From: a virus
Direction: 5' to 3' (one strand)
Length of the DNA: 64,000 bases
Virus record (IMG/VR): IMGVR_UViG_3300044609_000721
The position numbers and the translations under genes were made by a program. Every line of letters begins with the position of its first letter. Position 1 is the stretch's first letter. The notes beneath the pieces are model-generated. The model searched no databases. It was not told the origin of the DNA and saw nothing but the letters and a program-made list of their open reading frames with translations. Shown one piece after another: positions 18,653 through 25,978 of the stretch.

Positions 18653-19252
18653 TCATGTTCCCTTTATGTTATAAGTAAGAACTATTCTTTCTTCATCAGT
18701 AGAATTCTCTTGTGTCCTATGATTAATCCATGGAGGAAAGATAAGAACGTCATTTGTAGTAACTTCCAATTCTCTCCACAATTGCTTCTCTGGATTGAAT
18801 GGTAGTCCAAGTTTATGGTACTCTAAAGGATCTCTAAACTCAATATTACCAGATCCTTCTGGACACTTCAGGTAAGCAGAAACAACCATGTCAGACATAT
18901 TATGAACATGTTCGACGGTTTTTCCTGTTCTTCTGTGAACATTAATCCATGACTTGGTGATGATACTATTGGAAGATAAAAGTTGATTCATCTCCCAAAT
19001 ATATGCAATTCTAGATACCAACCATTTGTGATAATCATTTAAGAGTGGAGAGTTATGAGGTTCTAACTCGTTATCATAAACTCCAACTCTTGCTGTGGAT
19101 ATTGCATCACCAGTTTCTAATAGACTAGACTCTGGTGATACAGACCAATGAGTTCGCAGAGACTCAATCAGAGGATTAAGTTTATCTAAATCAAACTCGT
19201 ATTTAAATTTCCAAATCAAAGGTGGCCATAAATGTATTGGTGTTCCATCCAT
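18653..19252 (-). CDS. putative 2OG-Fe(II) oxygenase (TIGR02466-like)
   Basis: SWINVH, EHVH, SAYLKCPEGSGNIEFRDP, IFPPWINHRT, RIVLTYNI. Confidence 0.85.
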   Translation of the reverse strand: MDGTPIHLWPPLIWKFKYEFDLDKLNPLIESLRTHWSVSPESSLLETGDAISTARVGVYDNELEPHNSPLLNDYHKWLVSRIAYIWEMNQLLSSNSIITKSWINVHRRTGKTVEHVHNMSDMVVSAYLKCPEGSGNIEFRDPLEYHKLGLPFNPEKQLWRELEVTTNDVLIFPPWINHRTQENSTDEERIVLTYNIKGT

Positions 19253-19255
19253 AAA

Positions 19256-19477
19256 TCAAGAAATTCCACACTCCTCTTTTGCTAATTCCAGACCTTCAAT
19301 AGCACCTTGAAGTTTAATGATTAGTTCATACATCTCTTGACGCTTTTGAAAGTCAATTGTAGTAATACCATAAGGATTTAGTTTGGTATCAGCAAATTCT
19401 ACCTCAAGTTTTTCTTTATCTTCAATTGCCATTTGAATTTGACCTTTAAAATTATCAATCAGTTCATCAATAGTCAT
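19256..19477 (-). CDS. small helical hypothetical protein
   Basis: 73 aa, coupled within the operon. Confidence 0.65.
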   Translation of the reverse strand: MTIDELIDNFKGQIQMAIEDKEKLEVEFADTKLNPYGITTIDFQKRQEMYELIIKLQGAIEGLELAKEECGIS

Positions 19478-20247
19478 AATTTCCGATCTCCTGTTCTATA
19501 GCGTTTAAAAATTTCTGTCACTCTATTTATTCTAGATTGAACCGAATCATATCTCATTGTATTGCATCTATTTGCATAGACAAATGATTCCTCCATATCA
19601 TACTCCACTTGTCCAGCACTGTCAATAATGGTCTCAAAGTTATTGAGGTTCAAATACTTCCTATTTACAGGTACGTACTGAACTAAAGGTGTTCCAGCCT
19701 TTACAAATGTTTCACCTTCAAGTACATGCCAAAAAAGTTGAACATTCATAACATGTGCATATCTGGGGTCTAGAATTCCATATGCTGGAGTAAATCTAGA
19801 TTCATTGTTATATGCAACTGGCATTTGTATGAATACAATATCATCAGATGCTTTCACTCTCCATGGAGTCTCAACTTTAACAATTTGCTTAAGAGTATTA
19901 TCTGGATTATCTAATAGTGGTTCAACTTGCTTTTCATCATGCTTATCAATATACCCATACATACCACGTTTGAATAGGTATGGTGTTTCCCAAGTAAAAC
20001 TAGATCCATCACCATTGGTAGTGATAGTAAAGTCTGCAGGAGCAACTAATACGTAACCAGCATGAGCAAGATTAGTGATTCCTGGGCAATTTGAAGATGA
20101 CATGAAACCAGAGAAAGGACATTTCTTTTTCCTTACTTCTGGTTCCATCCATTTCCTTCTAATTGAATGTGATGTAATGATTGGGTATAAGTCAGTCACT
20201 CCAGGTTCTAGTGAATAGAACCTGATCCAACTCTTTTTTCTAAACAT
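19474..20247 (-). CDS. hypothetical protein (possibly DUF6065-like)
   Basis: CPG...AGYVLVAPADF, PWRVK, GILD, KAGTPLVQYVP; family call tentative. Confidence 0.55.
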   Translation of the reverse strand: MFRKKSWIRFYSLEPGVTDLYPIITSHSIRRKWMEPEVRKKKCPFSGFMSSSNCPGITNLAHAGYVLVAPADFTITTNGDGSSFTWETPYLFKRGMYGYIDKHDEKQVEPLLDNPDNTLKQIVKVETPWRVKASDDIVFIQMPVAYNNESRFTPAYGILDPRYAHVMNVQLFWHVLEGETFVKAGTPLVQYVPVNRKYLNLNNFETIIDSAGQVEYDMEESFVYANRCNTMRYDSVQSRINRVTEIFKRYRTGDRKL

Positions 20248-20274
20248 AATTTATCTACCTTTATTCAGATTATA

Positions 20275-21879
20275 TCATGCATCAACGTGTTCGTCAACCC
20301 CATCGTAAATATTATCTCGGAGAAACTCATAGTGAGAAGGTAATGTTTGAACATACTCAACAATATGATCTCTATATTGTTCATATTTTCGCTTGGAGTC
20401 TTCAATCCTATCTAAAGGCCATCCATTACTTTCATAGATTTGCTCAACTTGCCTCTTATACGAAAGTGGTTTCATTCCCATTCCAGCAGCAATATAATTT
20501 GTACCACTGGTTCTAGTCTCCCAGTAATTATTCTGAAGTGATCCTGCAAGGAAACTTTGATATGATGCTTGATGATTCACAAATACGTTCATCATATCTG
20601 GATTGTATTCATTAATGTTTGTTGCCCATCTCCAGTATGGAGTATCATCTCTCATAGAGAACGCATAGTGCATAGAAACAAAATCCACAAATCCAGTCAA
20701 TTCATGATCAACAGCAAAGTTGTATCCATCAATTTCAGATCTGGTTACTCTACCCTCTCTACGATTGATAAGATCTACCAGTTTAATCACATTTTCATGA
20801 GTTGTGAGCAGTCCTGTAGATTCTAAAGGTTCTACGAATCCATAGGACAATCCAATTCCAACAACGTTTCTAACCCATGCACGTTCTCTCTTTCCATGAC
20901 GAATATTAATATGGAACATTTCTGCTTCTTCTGCTCTCTTTGGATCAGTTTTTGCTAAATGCTCTCTGAATTCTTTTTGTGCATCCTCTTTAGATGTAAA
21001 GCGAGATGAGTAAACATATCCCGTTCCAATACGATTCCAGAGAGGAATATTCCAAACCCATCCATTGTCTAGTGCATGACAATCGGTAACATTGTGCATT
21101 TCATTTTCCCTATCAATATAGGGGATTCTGCAAGCCCATGCACTATCGTTTGCAAGTTTCTTACTGAAAGGTCTGAAAATAGAACCCATATACCCCTCAA
21201 GGAGCATGGATTTAAATCCAGTACAATCAATATAAAGATCTGCACAAATTGCAGTCTCTTCATCAAGAACTAGATATTTGATTGATTGATCTTTGTTTGG
21301 TTCATATCCAGTAATGTTACCAACAATATGTTGAACTCCATTAGGAATACAAATATTTTCCTTTAACCACTTACCAAATAGTTCCGCATCCATGTGGTAT
21401 GCAGTATCATATTTAAAACTAAAGTTTCTAATTTTATTGTCTTTATTTCTGGTCTGTTTGTTGTACTTGGCCAAGAAGGTATTGGCATTATAGAACTCAG
21501 CAAAAGTATCTGGAGTATAACTCTCATCAAAGAGAGCAATTTCTGCCCAAGTATTCAGACCATTATGCTTATCGGTGAAATCAAACTCTGCACCAAAAGG
21601 ATATTCAAAATGACTTCCATCATTTTCACGGAAGTTAGTAAATCGAATAGAATTTTTGTAAGTTGCATTACATGCCTTCATCCAATCTTCATCCTTAATA
21701 TCCAAAAGATCTAAGAATCGATTGATATGACCAAGAGTAGATTCTCCCACGCCAACTGTTTTGACATTGGGAGATTCAACTAAAGCAATTTCCAAAAATG
21801 GGCACAGTTTACTAAGTGCTGCAGCAGTCATCCATCCAGAAGAACCACCACCAACAATTACGACGCTTTCAATTTTCAT
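20275..21879 (-). CDS. flavin-dependent halogenase (tryptophan halogenase/PrnA family)
   Basis: GGGSSG FAD motif, VGESTL, catalytic-Lys region ATYKNSIRF, GWVWNIP (WxWxIP), FVEPLESTG (FxxPxxSxG). Confidence 0.9.
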   Translation of the reverse strand: MKIESVVIVGGGSSGWMTAAALSKLCPFLEIALVESPNVKTVGVGESTLGHINRFLDLLDIKDEDWMKACNATYKNSIRFTNFRENDGSHFEYPFGAEFDFTDKHNGLNTWAEIALFDESYTPDTFAEFYNANTFLAKYNKQTRNKDNKIRNFSFKYDTAYHMDAELFGKWLKENICIPNGVQHIVGNITGYEPNKDQSIKYLVLDEETAICADLYIDCTGFKSMLLEGYMGSIFRPFSKKLANDSAWACRIPYIDRENEMHNVTDCHALDNGWVWNIPLWNRIGTGYVYSSRFTSKEDAQKEFREHLAKTDPKRAEEAEMFHINIRHGKRERAWVRNVVGIGLSYGFVEPLESTGLLTTHENVIKLVDLINRREGRVTRSEIDGYNFAVDHELTGFVDFVSMHYAFSMRDDTPYWRWATNINEYNPDMMNVFVNHQASYQSFLAGSLQNNYWETRTSGTNYIAAGMGMKPLSYKRQVEQIYESNGWPLDRIEDSKRKYEQYRDHIVEYVQTLPSHYEFLRDNIYDGVDEHVDA

Positions 21880-21918
21880 AAGTTTTTCAGATAAATGATC
21901 AAGAAATAAATTTAAATA

Positions 21919-22410
21919 TCAATCTTCCTTTTTATAACCTTTCCATCCAGGATATCTTACCCAGGCAGGTTTTTCCATTGTAGAAATACCACATGGTTTA
22001 TCTGCACCTGGTTCTTCGTTCTCTGCAAACTCTAGAAGTTCTTCGAGAACCATTAAATTCTCTTGAGACTGTTGTTTTGGTTTGGGTAAAGTCTCTTTTA
22101 CATTTTTAATATGATCAACCCAAGTATTTGTTCCACTGACCATATCCTTATATAGCATATCAAGTTGCTCTCCAACATCACCATAAGCAACTTTTCTTGC
22201 CATACCTGGATCAGTATATGGTTGATCCCTCTTCACCCAAACCATATGTCCTTTTTTGGGTGAATATTCTAGAGTCCATTCTAGAGCAACTTCATCTGGA
22301 GCATCAACCCAAAGCATTGCTGCTCCAGGTCCTTCATAAATTTCATACTCTTCTCCAGGATCTTTAATTTCGTGAATGTATCCTTGAAATCCTACTAATA
22401 CCTTTTTCAT
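21919..22410 (-). CDS. putative tail-fibre-associated protein or assembly chaperone
   Basis: RKVAYGDVGEQLDMLYKD motif; directly follows the fibre genes. Confidence 0.55.
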   Translation of the reverse strand: MKKVLVGFQGYIHEIKDPGEEYEIYEGPGAAMLWVDAPDEVALEWTLEYSPKKGHMVWVKRDQPYTDPGMARKVAYGDVGEQLDMLYKDMVSGTNTWVDHIKNVKETLPKPKQQSQENLMVLEELLEFAENEEPGADKPCGISTMEKPAWVRYPGWKGYKKED

Positions 22411-22434
22411 GTTTAAATTACTCCTTTCCTATGG

Positions 22435-22442
22435 TATTTATA
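22435..22442 (-). promoter_or_regulatory. T4-type late promoter
   Basis: TATAAATA on the minus strand, 24 nt before the ATG at 22410. Confidence 0.75.
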
Positions 22443-23241
22443 TGTAATGTGTTACAACCACAAGTCCAGGTCTTCCATTAGATCCTCTGTGGCCATGATA
22501 GTGTGCCCCTGATCCACCAGATCCTGGTGCAGAGTGAGACTGGTGGTTATGACTAAAGTTACCACCTTGAGGGTGTCCAGCAGCAACGGCGCCGCCGTGA
22601 TGAGAAGTCCCACCAAGATTAGCACCTCTACCATGATGTGAGTCTCCGCCTCCACCATAAATGTTTAGATCTCCACCAGATCCAACTCCAGCAAGACCAC
22701 CAGAGTGTTGGTTATTACGATTGGCACCGAAACCACCAGAAGCAGAGCAATAAGATCCAAATGATGAAGCACCACCATTATCTCCTGCGTTTGCATAGTA
22801 GGTACCATTCACTTCTCCAGAAACAGTTACTGGAACCGAAGAAATGGATTGCACATTAATAATTCTTTCAGAATATCCTCCAGCACCTCCACATTCACCA
22901 TGGCCAGATCCTCCTCCTCCACCACCTTGAACCTTTACGTGAATAAAACGAATATTTCCAGGTTTTGTCCAAGTACCAGACGAAGTGAATACCTGAGTGC
23001 TTAGAATATTACCAGTAGATCCCAATGGTTGCCAAGATGCTGTAGATCCACTGGTCTCTAACCATTTTCCAGAATTACCAGATTGGGATGGTAATGTAGA
23101 ATTAGTAGTACCGCTAATTGTACCGTTAATAACCAAGTTACTAACTTGAAGTCTTCCTACAACAGACAAAGAACCAGAAACTAGATCAAATCCACTAGTT
23201 CCACTAAAATCTCTAATATTTGTAACTTTAATAGTACTCAT
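22438..23241 (-). CDS. glycine-rich virion/adhesin-like protein (paralog A)
   Basis: FTSSGTWTKP followed by polyglycine motifs, ending GLVVVTHY. Confidence 0.75.
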   Translation of the reverse strand: MSTIKVTNIRDFSGTSGFDLVSGSLSVVGRLQVSNLVINGTISGTTNSTLPSQSGNSGKWLETSGSTASWQPLGSTGNILSTQVFTSSGTWTKPGNIRFIHVKVQGGGGGGSGHGECGGAGGYSERIINVQSISSVPVTVSGEVNGTYYANAGDNGGASSFGSYCSASGGFGANRNNQHSGGLAGVGSGGDLNIYGGGGDSHHGRGANLGGTSHHGGAVAAGHPQGGNFSHNHQSHSAPGSGGSGAHYHGHRGSNGRPGLVVVTHYI

Positions 23242-23521
23242 TTGTTTATCACTTGAAATGTGTTACGACAACTAATCCAGGTCTTCCATTAGATCCTCTA
23301 TGACCAGAGAAATATCCACCAGATCCACCAGATCCTGGTGCAGAGTGAGACTGGTGGTTATGACTAAAGTTACCACCTTGAGGGTGTCCAGCAGCAACAG
23401 CACCACCAAAGTGTGATGCACCACCAACAGAAGAATAGTTGTGGTGTGATTGTCCACCACCACCATAAATGTTTAGATCTCCACCAGATCCAACTCCAGC
23501 AAGACCACCAGAGTGTTGGTT
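22465..23521. repeat. identical blocks shared by the two paralogs
   Basis: 24 bp 22465-22488 = 23276-23299; 77 bp 22511-22587 = 23322-23398; 62 bp 22652-22713 = 23460-23521. Confidence 0.85.
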
Positions 23522-24049
23522 AGTTCTATTAGCACCAAGACCACCAGATGCTGAACAGTAAGCTCCAAACGAGGAAGCGCCACCATTATCACCAGGACCA
23601 GAATAATAAGTACCATTGACTTCTCCAGCAACAGTTACTGCAACTGTGGAAACCGATTGTACGTCAATAACTCTCTCTGAGTAACCACCGGCTCCTCCAC
23701 CTTCACCATGTCCAGATCCACCGCCGCCACCGCCTTGTACTTGAACTTTGATGAATCTTACACCAGTTGGTTTTGTCCAAGTACCAGATGAGGTGAATAC
23801 CTGCATACTGGTAATATTGTCAGATGTTGGTTTTGTGATCCACTGTGGATTTGTGCCATCAGTAGAAAGAATTCTACCAGCATTACCTGACTGTGAAGGG
23901 AGATACTGTTTATTGTTTCCACTAATAGTACCATTAATAACAAGGTTCGAAACTGTCAGAGTTCCGTTAGCAGTAACTGCACCAGAAGATAAACTAAATC
24001 CACCTGTATTACTTAGATCTTTAATTGCTGCAACTTTTAGGGTACTCAT
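23249..24049 (-). CDS. glycine-rich virion/adhesin-like protein (paralog B)
   Basis: Same architecture as 22438-23241. Confidence 0.75.
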   Translation of the reverse strand: MSTLKVAAIKDLSNTGGFSLSSGAVTANGTLTVSNLVINGTISGNNKQYLPSQSGNAGRILSTDGTNPQWITKPTSDNITSMQVFTSSGTWTKPTGVRFIKVQVQGGGGGGSGHGEGGGAGGYSERVIDVQSVSTVAVTVAGEVNGTYYSGPGDNGGASSFGAYCSASGGLGANRTNQHSGGLAGVGSGGDLNIYGGGGQSHHNYSSVGGASHFGGAVAAGHPQGGNFSHNHQSHSAPGSGGSGGYFSGHRGSNGRPGLVVVTHFK

Positions 24050-24071
24050 ACCTTAATCCTCTCTACATGTT

Positions 24072-24079
24072 TATTTATA
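24072..24079 (-). promoter_or_regulatory. T4-type late promoter
   Basis: TATAAATA upstream of the ATG at 24049 (GAGG SD). Confidence 0.8.
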
Positions 24080-24109
24080 AAATTGTTTGATCATAATGAG
24101 TCTGTACGT

Positions 24110-25006
24110 TTATGCTCTAGTGATGTAAATATATCCGCTGCCGTCACCAGAGGTATTGCCGCCAGTAGTATTTTGTGGATTAGATCCAGAATTAAATGAT
24201 CCACCTCCAGCAGCATCATAACTCCAAGGTGAGGCACCGCCTCCAGAATATCCACCGCCAGCGCCAGCACCGTTGGTTCCACCACCACCGCCACCGCCAC
24301 CGAATCCTCCGCGAGCATTAGCACCACCTACAGAACCATTAGTAAAAGATTGACCAAACCACGATCCACTACCATTACCAGTTAATCCACCACCGCCGCC
24401 AGCATTACCATATCCGCTGCCGCCAGATCCTCCTGAACCACCTCCAGCCCAAGAAGTACTAAAACCATTCTGACCAGAGTTTCCTGCAGGACTACCACTT
24501 CCACTAAATCCAGAAGCAGATCCTCCTCCTCCACCACCAGCAATAATTAATGGTGAATTATCAGTATAGCAGACATAAGTGCCTCCTCCACCACCAGCAT
24601 CATAGTAATTATTTTCTCCGTTTTGCCCAACAACCATTTTCAATTGCGTTCCAGAAGATAGTGAAAATGTTCCAACCATCAATGCTCCCCATCCACCCCA
24701 TCTACCCCAACCATTGCTATATCCACCCCTAGCTCCACCTACAGTAATTCTGTAAGATCCACTTGAAGGGACTATCCAATATTGATATCCAGAAATAACG
24801 TTATAGAATGAGATATTATTTTTCCAAGCATCAACACCTATTCCAGTAAGTCCATTTATACCTTGCGATAAACTTGGTCCAGTATTATATGCTTGTCCAC
24901 CTGGAGTAAATCTAGCCTCGGTAAAAGCATAGCGAGATCCACCAGAACCTGATGACGGACCAACTGGAATAAGATTTGATTTAAAACCAGTAATAAATGG
25001 TGCCAT
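24110..25006 (-). CDS. glycine-rich (ALK/LTK-like polyglycine) virion protein
   Basis: WIVPSSGSYRITVGGARGG, LKMVVGQNG, GGGGGTYV, PLIIAGGGGG; probable start MAPF at 25006. Confidence 0.75.
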   Translation of the reverse strand: MAPFITGFKSNLIPVGPSSGSGGSRYAFTEARFTPGGQAYNTGPSLSQGINGLTGIGVDAWKNNISFYNVISGYQYWIVPSSGSYRITVGGARGGYSNGWGRWGGWGALMVGTFSLSSGTQLKMVVGQNGENNYYDAGGGGGTYVCYTDNSPLIIAGGGGGGSASGFSGSGSPAGNSGQNGFSTSWAGGGSGGSGGSGYGNAGGGGGLTGNGSGSWFGQSFTNGSVGGANARGGFGGGGGGGGTNGAGAGGGYSGGGASPWSYDAAGGGSFNSGSNPQNTTGGNTSGDGSGYIYITRA

Positions 25007-25011
25007 AGTAA

Positions 25012-25947
25012 TTACGCAAACTCTGACATCTGTAGTAATGGAATCCAACTGTTAGAAGTTCCACCACTTGAATCTGTATATTGAGTAACTCTCATCATAG
25101 AAACTCCAACCACAACTGTTCTATTTGCAGTTGCAGCAGGTGCTGATCCACCACTCCATCTTGCAGTTCCAATGCTTGTACCATCTAACATAATTGTACC
25201 AGAAGGTCTATATGCAGTTGAACCATTCTGATATATAATCGTGAAACCAAATGCTCTGTTGGAGTCTACTCCACCAGTTCCAATACTTGTTTGAGGGAGA
25301 CCTCTCAGGTTTATCATAAAATTGTTCTGTAGATTAGTGATATAAACGATTCCACCGTCAAGATAGTCAATATTAACAACTGGAGAAGTATCAAAATCAG
25401 GTAATCTGTAAGATACCATCTTTTCTCTAATGGCACCAACATCAAATCGTGCTCCTACAGTATTTAAAATGTCATAAACATCTAAATCTTCGTAAGCAGC
25501 AACGTTCGAATCTTCACCAATAACATAGAAATTTGCACCATTTTCAATTGTTAGGGTATATCCACTAGCAATTTCTACTGGACCTGCACTATAAGCATTA
25601 GTAAACTGAGCACCACCGTTAGCAACTGGACCAATAGTAATGTTTTCATCGATACTATTAGAGTTTGTTCTAATGTAAGAAGTATCTTTATTACCTACGT
25701 GAGGACCACCAGCACCAACAAGAGTCCATCCATCTAGACCCTGGCCGTTTGAGTTGCTGACATAAACCTCTACCTTATCTTCAGTTGTATTGAATCTAAG
25801 TGTACCGTAAGCAACACCAGTAGGACGTTGAGCAGTAGTACCAGTCGGTAACTGCAAAACACTATTAGTGTTTAAGAACTGTAGTGAGGAAATCAGAGCT
25901 TGAGTACTAGTACTAATCTGATTACCATTGATTTGCTGTAATGCCAT
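25012..25947 (-). CDS. tail fibre-type structural protein
   Basis: LQLPTGTTAQRP...GTLRFNTT...EVY fibre motif. Confidence 0.7.
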   Translation of the reverse strand: MALQQINGNQISTSTQALISSLQFLNTNSVLQLPTGTTAQRPTGVAYGTLRFNTTEDKVEVYVSNSNGQGLDGWTLVGAGGPHVGNKDTSYIRTNSNSIDENITIGPVANGGAQFTNAYSAGPVEIASGYTLTIENGANFYVIGEDSNVAAYEDLDVYDILNTVGARFDVGAIREKMVSYRLPDFDTSPVVNIDYLDGGIVYITNLQNNFMINLRGLPQTSIGTGGVDSNRAFGFTIIYQNGSTAYRPSGTIMLDGTSIGTARWSGGSAPAATANRTVVVGVSMMRVTQYTDSSGGTSNSWIPLLQMSEFA

Positions 25948-25978
25948 TTGTTACGCAGTCCTTTCCTATTTGTATTTA

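Noticed and set aside
13762-19252. Non-heme iron halogenases among the oxygenases
   Set aside because: None shows the HxA/HxG substitution; all have HxD or HxH
22438-24049. Paralog pair as the template and variable repeats of a diversity-generating retroelement
   Set aside because: Both are full ORFs, differences are largely synonymous and not adenine-specific, and no reverse transcriptase is in the window
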